Shown piece by piece: positions 1 through 7,940 of a DNA stretch of 9,028 nt (the first letter of the stretch is position 1; each line of letters opens with the position of its first letter). Under the pieces are notes generated by a model. The model was not told the origin of the DNA. It saw nothing but the letters and a program-made list of their open reading frames with translations, and did not search any database. The stretch comes from Octopus sinensis (Eukaryota): positions 1-9,028 of the forward strand of contig NW_021828247.1 in NCBI RefSeq assembly GCF_006345805.1, given 5' to 3'. The translations under genes and the position numbers were made by a program.

Positions 1-256
1 TGCAGTCAAAGTCTAGGGTCAATATAATCTTTGGCTTTGTTCTAAAATTGTAAAGCTCACTGGTTGAACTGGGGTTAACGAACAAGAAAAATGACAACAA
101 GAACAACAGAAAACCGATACTAAGAACATTGGTTATCCCCTTGGTGGTCCGTCGTATGAATGTGACTACCCCCATGTAGTTATTCGCATCTAATAGCCGT
201 TAAATATTCTTCATATAGAATTATATTGCCTCTATCTCGTTAAATGCATTATAAAA

Positions 257-547
257 TTTCATAGTTATTCCAGAAACGAAGTTAAATATCGACCAAAGAA
301 TAAAATTTCTATTTTCTGTAAGTCACGTTTTCTCAATAAACTTGACACAGATCCGTCTATAAAACTGTTTTCTGCAATTAAGGGCAATGGAATTTCAAGT
401 GGATACATTTGATTCAGCAGTAAAAGGGTTAATTAACTAATATATATATATATCTTTTCTCGTGTCTCCAACACAGTCTTAATGTACTAACACGTATTTG
501 TCTTTTATTATTTTATATTTCAAACACAATATACCAGTACGTGTGTG

Positions 548-584
<37 letters not shown>

Positions 585-609
585 TTATGTAATGTAATGT
601 ATGTATGTA

Positions 610-642
<33 letters not shown>

Positions 643-644
643 GA

Positions 645-675
<31 letters not shown>

Positions 676-1360
676 TGCCTTTTGTTGTGTTCCAAACAAC
701 CATTGTAATCCTATAACTGCAAAATTAAGTTTCATAGTTATTCTACTAATGATGTTAAATATCTCCCCAAAAAATACGACTGGTATTCTCAGCAAGTCAC
801 GTTGTCTCAATAAACTTGAGATATCTGAACAAAACATAGTCTCAAACATGACAGTCTTTAACGAAATATAGATTGGTGTATAAAATTGCTTTCTGTAGTT
901 AAAGGTAATGAAATTTTGAGTGGACATCTCTGATTTCCATAGGAAAACTGTTAATATACCAATATATATGCCTTTTATTCTGCCCTAAAACCCATCGTAA
1001 TATACAAGTATACATTTATCTTTTGTTACAATAAGTTCTGAATACAATATACCGATATATATTCATCTTATGTTGGAAGCATTGCATTTATATATCTTTT
1101 TGTCATCTGTTAAATTCCACAAACCATCTTAATATTCCAATATATAATGGCTTTTTGTTATGTCCCAAACACCTTCTTAATGTGTCAATATATACTTGCT
1201 TTTTTTGTTTTGGTCCAAACACAATTTTAACCCTATGCCAACAATTAAATAGTTTCAAACATGATATTCCTTGATTGGTATATAAAACTTACTTTCGGCT
1301 GTTTAAGAGTAATGCAATTTTGAGTTGTTAAATCTGATATATGCAGTGAAAGGTCTAATA
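257..1360. repeat. Degenerate nested direct repeats: three copies of a ~110-220 bp unit interleaved with ~50-bp degenerate units
   Basis: Copies 1 and 2 share tttcatagttattc (257-270/730-743), gttaaatatc (281-290/754-763) and aagtcacgttNtctcaataaacttga (320-345/794-819). The block tataaaa..tttc...ttaa..g.aatg.aattt..agt occurs at ~358, ~879 and ~1281. Short units like tgccttttgttgtgttccaaacaaccattgtaat recur at ~450, ~670, ~965, ~1090, ~1145 and ~1195. Confidence 0.65.
541..674. repeat. (TATG)n / (TA)n microsatellite
   Basis: Direct reading of the tandem repeats. Confidence 0.95.
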
Positions 1361-1378
1361 AAACAAGAACGCTATCTC

Positions 1379-1379
<1 letters not shown>

Positions 1380-1435
<56 letters not shown>

Positions 1436-1460
1436 TGATGATGACGATGACGATGACGAT

Positions 1461-1492
<32 letters not shown>

Positions 1493-1496
1493 CGAC

Positions 1497-1529
<33 letters not shown>

Positions 1530-1804
1530 AAAATTATGATGATGATGATGATAATAATAAGGAATAATAATAATAATAATATAATGATGATGATGATATG
1601 ACGATGACGATGACGAGGACGAGGACGACAACGACGACATGATGATGATGATTATGATGAATGTGATGATAAAATAATAATAAATAATAATAATAATAAT
1701 AATAATGATGATGATGATGATGACGATGACGATGACGAGGACGAGGACGAGGACGACAACGACGACGATGATGATGAATGATGATGATGATGATGATAAT
1801 AATG

Positions 1805-1837
<33 letters not shown>

Positions 1838-1942
1838 TGATGATGATGATGATGACGATGACGAGGACGAGGACGACGACGACGACGACGACGATGATGA
1901 TGATGATGATGATAATAATAATGATAATAATAATAATAATAA
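1380..1942. repeat. Compound trinucleotide microsatellite organised as four higher-order copies of (AAT)n(GAT)n(GACGAT)n(GACGAG)n(GAC)n(GAT)n
   Basis: GACGAG blocks start at ~1461, ~1612, ~1733 and ~1860, with the same block order each time. Confidence 0.9.
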
Positions 1943-2212
1943 TTGATGTATCAATACCAGCAGATGACAACGTGTCTCTAAAAGAAATGGATAAACTCTC
2001 AAAATACAAAGACCTGGAAATAGAGGTAACCAGAATGAGGAATCTAAAAACAGAAACAATTCCTATCATAGTAGGTGCATTAGGCATGATAAAAAAAAAT
2101 ATTCAGACAAATACATAACAAAACACCAGCACTTACAAACACATATAACATACAGAAAATTGCACTACTAGGCACTGCACACATCCTACGCAGAACACTT
2201 TCCATACAATAA
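1942..2212 (+). pseudogene. Frameshifted C-terminal fragment of a non-LTR retrotransposon ORF (RLE endonuclease domain)
   Basis: About 90 codons recoverable across two frameshifts at A-runs (~2091-2099 and ~2120-2123). There is no start codon, and the upstream part of the listed ORF 1705-2118 is microsatellite. Confidence 0.8.
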
Positions 2213-2310
2213 CCATCAAAGCATCACAACAAATCACAGCACACACCCAAGGCACACAGAGCTGCGCTCGGTAGTGAAGTGAAAGCACGCTATAAAAATA
2301 AAACTACTGA
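1942..2310 (+). mobile_element. 5'-truncated 3' end of an RLE-type non-LTR retrotransposon (R4/Dong-like), ending in (AAT)n
   Basis: Translates to IDVSIPADDNVSLKEMDKLSKYKDLEIEVTRMRNLKTETIPIIVGALGMIKK and, after frameshifts in A-runs, TPALTNTYNIQKIALLGTAHILRRTLSIQ* (stop 2210-2212). These are the D..P / K..KY..L and terminal QK..LLGTAHILR motifs typical of the restriction-like endonuclease of R4/NeSL-type elements. A ~100-bp 3' UTR follows, and both sides are flanked by (AAT)n. Confidence 0.85.
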
Positions 2311-2336
2311 ATAATAATAATAATAATAATAATAAT
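2310..2336. repeat. (AAT)9 tract between two inserted elements
   Basis: Direct reading. Confidence 0.95.
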
Positions 2337-2671
2337 GGGGTAGCATCATAGCCATGTGTTGAGAGAGATTCTTTGGGGTTTGAATAATTCACTTCTGGAA
2401 CCATGGGTGTTTCGTTCAACATACTTAAACAACCCTTATTCAGGGACCTTTTGAACGGGACGGGCTACTCAACCTGAAGAACATTCTAACTGGGCCCCAC
2501 CAGCAAGGTCATGTGCTGTTTGTCTTGATATAAGAACACCATGTCGCGCACATATGGTTGTGATTCATGTGTCTAGTGTGCCCTTATCAGACGGGTAGTC
2601 ATGATGGGTATACTGGGATTTTGTATATTTTACCCCAGTGTTACTTTGATGGCATGCACTGCTCTCTCACT
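2337..2671 (+). mobile_element. Probable 5'-truncated 3' end of a second (AAT)n-associated retroelement
   Basis: A complex, GC-richer 335-bp island bounded by (AAT)n on both sides and ending ...ctgctctctcact before AAT repeats. A short frame HHSHVLREILWGLNNSLLEPWVFRSTYLNNPYSGTF* may be an ORF end. It resembles an octopus interspersed repeat by recall only, and the orientation is inferred. Confidence 0.55.
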
Positions 2672-2677
2672 TAATAT

Positions 2678-2720
2678 AAATAATAATAATAATAATAATA
2701 ATTATTATTATTATAATAAT
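2678..2720. repeat. (AAT)n followed by (ATT)n, a self-complementary junction
   Basis: taataataataata|attattattatta at ~2687-2713. Confidence 0.85.
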
Positions 2721-3404
2721 GCTAAACACAAAGCTAGGACAACCTTGATCATAGTCCGCATGATAGGAGCGAAAGTAGTGCTAAACTATAAACCTAACAT
2801 AACCGACAGCAGCGAGGACTAATGGAATTTTTCAGGAATTTTGTGACAAAATGTTGAAAAAATGCGAAAAATCCCTATCTTCTTCATTACTAACTGCGCA
2901 TTCCTCTTTCAGCTAATTATATGCGTGTGCCTATATGCGTATATATATATATGCATATTTTAGTGTGAGAGTGTGTATAATTAAATAATTTCGTCGATGC
3001 ATGTATATTTAGATGTATAATTGTCCGTCTATTTCATTCTAGGTATGTCTGTCTGTGCGTCGTCGCTTTCACTGAAGACTAAGTGTGTTAGTAGAAGCTA
3101 AATATTCCGTTTCAGATTTCAAACCGTTTTATGTAACAAAACAACACTAAAATATAACCCAAGAAATATATATATACATATGAAAAAATATAAAAAGGAA
3201 GAAGTCAAAACAGACCATATGGTAAAATTCTTGAAAAAAATAAAAGAACCGAAATCGAATCAAAGTATAGTATGAATTAACATGAATTTCATTATTCAAA
3301 ATCGATATACAAGAAAATTAAAGGTTTCTACCAAACTTTTGAAGTTAAATTCGTCCCTATTTTTACCCTATCCCTTTTTTCATAGACACATAAAGACGTA
3401 GTTG

Positions 3405-3960
3405 CAATGATGATGATGATTATGTTCATGATGATGATGATGATGATAAGAAGAAGGAGGAGGTGGAAGGGGGAGGAGAAGGACGGGAAGGAAGAGGAAG
3501 AGGAGGGTTGTGATAGTTGCTGGTGCTTGGTGGCGGTGCGTCCATAGTGAATCGTGATGAGGATGATGGCAACGACGGCGATGATGACGATGATGATGGT
3601 GATGATGATGGTGATGATGATCGTGATGAGGATGATGACGATGAAAATGATAGTAATTATGATGATGATGATGATGATGGTACTGAGCATGATAATAACG
3701 ATGAGGAGCGGTGACGGTGGTGGTGGTGGTGGTTGTGATCTGCAGACGTGATAATGACGATGGCAATGGCGATGATGATGATGATGATGATGATAATGAT
3801 GATGATGATTATTGCTATAATATTATTATAATGATGATGATGATAATGGCGATGTCGCTGATGTTGATGATGATGATGGCTATGATGATGATAATGAAAG
3901 ACATGTTGGTGGTGGTGATGGTGGTGGGGGTAACGGTAACGATTACAGAGATAATGTTAA
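3405..3960. repeat. Degenerate (GAT)n/(GAG)n/(GGT)n cryptic simple sequence
   Basis: Direct reading. It gives poly-D/M/I/H ORFs in several frames. Confidence 0.9.
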
Positions 3961-4041
3961 AAGTACAATGACAAAAACAACAACAACAATAACGTTGACG
4001 ATGCTAATATTAATGTAACTGTTGTGAAATTAACAATAAAA

Positions 4042-4078
<37 letters not shown>

Positions 4079-4105
4079 GCTGCTACTACTACTACTACCA
4101 CCACC

Positions 4106-4146
<41 letters not shown>

Positions 4147-4165
4147 CGCCGCTGCTGCCACTACC
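4042..4165. repeat. (TAC)n(TGC)2(TAC)n(CAC)n(TAC)n compound microsatellite
   Basis: Direct reading. Confidence 0.95.
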
Positions 4166-4174
4166 TAGAAGTAG

Positions 4175-4286
4175 TATTAATAATAAAGATAATTACCAAA
4201 ATAATAACAATAAATCAATAAGAATATCAACAACTAAAATAATAATAACAATAATCAATAATAATAATAATGAAAATAATAATGAA

Positions 4287-4339
<53 letters not shown>

Positions 4340-4364
4340 TAATAAAAATAATAATAATAATAAC

Positions 4365-4421
<57 letters not shown>
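4175..4421. repeat. (AAT)n microsatellite with AAC/AAA variants
   Basis: Direct reading. Confidence 0.95.
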
Positions 4422-4422
<1 letters not shown>

Positions 4423-4539
4423 GTTAAAATGATGCTAATATTAATATTAGCTATCTTAATAGTTATTATTAAAATCTAAACAAGTACGTAAATAGAAAAA
4501 AATCAGAAAAGTTAATGGTACTAATGAATGAAGCAACCA

Positions 4540-4783
4540 TGTTGATGATAATGATGATAATCATGATGATGATGATGAGGAGGAGGAGGAGGAGGATGGT
4601 GGTGGCGTTTTATTATGAAGTTGATGATGACGATGATAATGTTCATAATGACGACGCTTATGGTTATGATAACGCGACGATGACGACGATCATTTTCATT
4701 GTTGTTGTTGTTGTTGATGATGATGATGATGACGATGACGATGATGATGATGATGATGATGATGATGATCAAAATGACGATGG

Positions 4784-4822
<39 letters not shown>

Positions 4823-5120
4823 CGATGATGACGATGATGATAATCAAAATGACGATGGTGATGGTGATGATGATGATGACGATGATGATGATGATCAAAA
4901 TGACGATGATGATGATGATGATGATCAAAATGACGATGTTGATGGTGGTGATGATAATAACTGCGACGACGATGTTGATGATAATTGCGTTGATGATAAC
5001 GATGCCGCTCGTGTTGATGACGACAATGACGAAGATGCTGCTGCTGCTGATGATGATGATGATGAAGATGAGGATGACGATGACGGAGATAACAAAGAAG
5101 AGGACGAGAGTGCTGATGAA
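4540..5120. repeat. (GAT)n-rich compound repeat with four caaaatgacgat interruptions
   Basis: caaaatgacgat begins at 4770, 4845, 4896 and 4926. Confidence 0.9.
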
Positions 5121-5404
5121 GAGGGCATTTAATTGAGAGAAAAAAACGCAGACCTAATCGACGCCAGAGCTATAAAAATATGTCTTGATTTATATCGCTT
5201 TAAATATTCAATGTAATAATTATAACTAAATGCTTAAAATAAAATTTAAAAAAAAAAAAGAAGAGAAAAACAACAAAAGCCAACACCATAAAATAAACGG
5301 AAAAGCATAAAATAATATTAGAAACAGGTACAGACATATATTGGATATATATACAAACGAGTACACAATCAATGACATACTTATAATATGCATACGCACA
5401 CATA

Positions 5405-5714
5405 GTGGAGGAACATGGCCTAGTGGTTAGACACAAGATATACATAATCCACATACATTATTGTGGAGGCACATGGCCTAGTGGTTAGAGCAGCGGACTG
5501 GCGGTCGAGGGATCGCGGGTTCGAATCTCAGACCGGGCGATATGTGTGTTTATGAGCGAAACGCCTAAGCTTCACGCAGCTCCGGCTGAAGGTAATGGCG
5601 AAACTTCTGCTGACTCTTTCGCCACAACTTTCTCTCACTCTTTCCTCCTGCATCTTGCAGTTCACTTGCGACGGACCGGCGTCCGTCCAGGTGGGGAAGC
5701 TATACGCCAGGCAT
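5405..5714 (+). mobile_element. tRNA-derived SINE, family A, left copy (rearranged head, internally deleted and 3'-truncated)
   Basis: Pol III A box TGGCCTAGTGG at 5474-5484 and B box GGTTCGAATCT at 5518-5528. The body aligns with the reverse complement of 6370-6623. There is an extra truncated head at 5405-5430 and a possible TSD acacatag (5398-5405/5715-5722). Confidence 0.9.
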
Positions 5715-5726
5715 ACACATAGGTAC

Positions 5727-5882
5727 AGGCGAGGCTGTGTGGTAAGAAGCTTTCTAACCACATGATTTCGGTTTCAGTACTACTGCGTCCCACCTTGGAC
5801 AAATGTCCTCTACTTTATAATCTCGGGCTGATCAACGCTTTGTGAATGGATTTGGGAGGTGGAAAATGAAAGATACCCGTCG
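5727..5882 (+). mobile_element. SINE, family B (degenerate copy)
   Basis: ggctgtgtggtaagaagc...catgatttcggtttcagtac...ggaaaatgaaagatacccgtcg. It aligns by eye to 6812-6900 (+) and to 6222-6250 (-). Confidence 0.75.
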
Positions 5883-6221
5883 GTTCGTTCCGTTGCCTTC
5901 TACCGAATGTACTCAGAAGGGTTTGATTGTCCCCAGGCTACTGTGGAAGACATTTTACTAAGGAGCAAATTAGTGTGACTGAATCTGGAACCATCTCCAT
6001 CGGAACCAAAAACTTCGAAGTCACTAGAATAGAAAAGGAAGAAATCAAATGACAGGGGAGAACGTCTCAACAAAATCAACCTCGAATCCACCAACATTGC
6101 CATGAATGCAATGACTACCATCGACTCTTTTATGCAAGAATTGGTCCATTTAGTCATGGACGCCACCACCGTAAAGAAGCGTTCAACAAAAAAGAAAGTA
6201 AAAACTACGTGGATATAAAAC

Positions 6222-6250
6222 ACGACGGGGTTCTTTCAGTTTCCGTCTAC
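6222..6250 (-). mobile_element. Isolated 3' tail of a family B SINE
   Basis: The reverse complement gtagacggaaactgaaagaaccccgtcgt matches the end of 5727-5882 (ggaggtggaaaatgaaagatacccgtcg). Confidence 0.65.
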
Positions 6251-6315
6251 TCATTACTAGTGTCGCAAATTTTGGTGTCTGAAAAATGACCGTTCAAGCG
6301 TATAATAATGTATGT

Positions 6316-6623
6316 TGCTTGTTCCTTTTCGAGCCATGCCTGGCTCATAAGGGTCGGTTTCCCTGTTTCTTGGTGTATAGGTTCCCCACCTGGACGGGAC
6401 GCCGGTCCATTGCAGGTGAGCTGCAAGATGCAGGAGGAAAAGAGTGAGAGAAAGTTGTGGCGAAAGAGTCAGCAGAAGTTTCGCCATTACCTTCTGCCCG
6501 AGCCGCGTGGAGCTTAGGTGTTTCACTCATAAACATACATACACATCGTCCGGTCTGAGATTCGAACCCGCGATCCCTCGACCGCCAGTCCGCTGCTCTA
6601 ACCACTAGGCCATGTGCCTCCAC
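6316..6623 (-). mobile_element. Full-length tRNA-derived SINE, family A, with 12-bp target-site duplication
   Basis: A box (rc 6602-6612), B box (rc 6558-6568), 3' end ...ggctcgaaaaggaacaagca, and TSD aataatgtatgt at 6304-6315 and 6624-6635. Confidence 0.92.
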
Positions 6624-6811
6624 AATAATGTATGTGGATTATGTATATCTTGTGTCGAGTACAAGTTGTAGATCCAAAGTTATTCACCATAGGCTGGTGC
6701 ATTAATTACAGAGTATAACATTAATTAAGCAGAGAATAAAGGTTTATATGACTTTATTTTACTGACATAGGCTTTGCAAAGCCCGCATAAGCAAACATTT
6801 AACAGATATAT

Positions 6812-6900
6812 TTCCCAGCCGCATGGTTCCGGGTTCAGTCCCACTGCCTAACACGTTGGAAAAGTGTCTTTTACCATAGCCTCGGGATGACCAAGGCCTT
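6812..6900 (+). mobile_element. Family B SINE internal fragment
   Basis: catggttccgggttcagtcccactgc...gtgtcttttaccatagcctcgggatgaccaaggcctt aligns with 5761-5840 and has a B-box-like ggttcagtcc. Confidence 0.75.
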
Positions 6901-6944
6901 ATATCGAATTGATTTCTCTAATACTATAATCATTTCTTAAGTAT

Positions 6945-6969
6945 AACCACGAAACACGTGTCGTTTTTC
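6945..6969 (+). ncRNA. 3' half of a type I hammerhead ribozyme (truncated, likely from a Penelope-like element)
   Basis: aaccac-GAAAC-ACGT-GTC-gtttttc: GAAA core, 2-bp stem III with the palindrome ACACGTGT (6954-6961), and a GUC cleavage triplet. No upstream CUGANGA or stem II partner remains. Confidence 0.45.
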
Positions 6970-7128
6970 TACCTATTATTATACGTTTTTATCATTATTT
7001 TTTGCAATTTACTTAATCTTTGACATTTTTTTGTTATTTTAATTTCAAATTTTCTATTATATATAATTATCTAGATGATGTTTTATAATTGTTTATTTTG
7101 AATTGAAAAAAAGGTGGCTTTTAAAAAT

Positions 7129-7187
7129 TATATATATATAATATATATATATATAATATAATATATATATATATAATATATATATAT
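7129..7187. repeat. (TA)n microsatellite
   Basis: Direct reading. Confidence 0.95.
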
Positions 7188-7193
7188 GTGTTT

Positions 7194-7875
7194 CCACTCT
7201 CTTATTTATTTTGTAAAAATATTATAATATATTATAAAATATTATAATAATCCAGGTTTCTCGGAGCACTGGGCCACTTGGTGTTGAATGGATATACTAT
7301 TAAATTAGTATCTAATTCTCTCACCCTTATTAATTAATTATAATTATGCTACATTTACTTCTAAATGTGGTATTTGTTTTCCGTGAGAGTTTGGCGCACT
7401 GTTAGTAGGGGGCATTTGAATTATAACGTCGGATGTAATCAATTGAACCACACTGTATTTATCGTTATGGTAAAATCTGGCGTGTGATTGAGTGGATTTC
7501 ATCCAGATAGTTTTGGCTGAGGAGCTACAAGTGGATTTTTTTGTAAGTAAAATTACATTTAATTCATTAATAGCGAAACAATTGTCCCAAAATAATCTGT
7601 ATTTTTGTTATTTTTTGTTTGCCCTGTTCGTGTGAGCTAACAATCGTACCGAATTTCATGGGAAACATATATTTTTGTGGTTGAAACCTTTTGGATTAAC
7701 TAGTGCTAGAGTGAGCCATATAGTGACCACTCTCTTATATTTATTTTGTAAAAATATTATAATATATTATAAAATATTATAATAATCCAGGTTTCTCGGA
7801 GCACTGGGCCACTTGGTGTTGAATGGATATACTATTAAATTAGTATCTAATTCTCACCCTTATTAATTAATTATA
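7194..7875 (+). mobile_element. Partial-tandem element with 149-bp terminal direct repeats and a hammerhead ribozyme (Penelope-like pLTR or non-LTR retrozyme type)
   Basis: 7194-7342 and 7727-7875 are identical except for two 2-bp indels, giving a period of 533 bp. There are no TG..CA ends. The element is embedded in (TA)n and has an internal HHR at 7504-7599. Confidence 0.8.
7504..7599 (+). ncRNA. Type I hammerhead ribozyme with intact catalytic core
   Basis: Stem I cagatagttttgg (7504-7516) pairs with ccaaaataatctg (7587-7599). CUGAGGA is at 7517-7523, stem II is GCUA (7524-7527) with UAGC (7571-7574), and GAAA is at 7575-7578. Stem III is C7579-G7584 plus A7578-U7585 with an AAUU loop (palindrome ACAAUUGU). 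The cleavage triplet is GUC, with the predicted cut after 7586. Confidence 0.88.
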
Positions 7876-7898
7876 TATATATACAATTATATATATAT

Positions 7899-7940
<42 letters not shown>

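Noticed and set aside
520-927. 135-aa minus-strand ORF with a non-repetitive N-terminal half
   Set aside because: No recognisable motif. It lies within the degenerate repeat, and the frame is not maintained in the sister copies.
441-1245. CRISPR-like array from the recurring ~50-bp units
   Set aside because: The units are highly degenerate with no constant repeat plus unique spacer pattern, the context is eukaryotic, and there are no cas genes.
2560-2660. Possible HDV-like or twister ribozyme in the hairpin-rich end of the 2337-2671 element
   Set aside because: Local hairpins exist (ctggg/cccag, taccc/gggta), but I could not assemble the required pseudoknot or core by hand. A covariance-model search would be needed.
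3072-3100. CTGAAGA followed by the hairpin actaa/ttagt, a possible hammerhead
   Set aside because: No GAAA directly follows stem II (tagaagc), and there is no stem III or NUH.
4515-5132. 205-aa Asp-rich ORF resembling acidic biomineralisation proteins
   Set aside because: It is embedded in a continuum of GAT-type simple repeats, overlapping frames are equally open, and no convincing non-repetitive domain is present.
1245-5136. Numerous listed ORFs with poly-I/M/D/H/S/Y/N tracts
   Set aside because: They are translations of AAT/GAT/TAC microsatellites, which stay open in several frames on both strands. Only the RLE fragment at 1942-2212 is real protein-derived sequence.
5464-5540. tRNA gene (A and B boxes present; also 6546-6622 on the minus strand)
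   Set aside because: Acceptor, anticodon and T stems do not pair properly, and the sequence continues into a SINE body with a TSD.
6690-6711. taggctggtgcattaattacag resembles a mariner-type terminal inverted repeat
   Set aside because: No partner inverted repeat or transposase remnant was found in the window, and the match is short and imperfect.
6770-6783. Perfect 14-bp palindrome ggctttgcaaagcc
   Set aside because: About one such palindrome is expected by chance in 9 kb, and there is no supporting context.
7194-7875. LTR retrotransposon or TRIM interpretation of the direct repeats
   Set aside because: No TG...CA termini, PBS or polypurine tract were seen. The internal hammerhead fits a PLE or retrozyme better.
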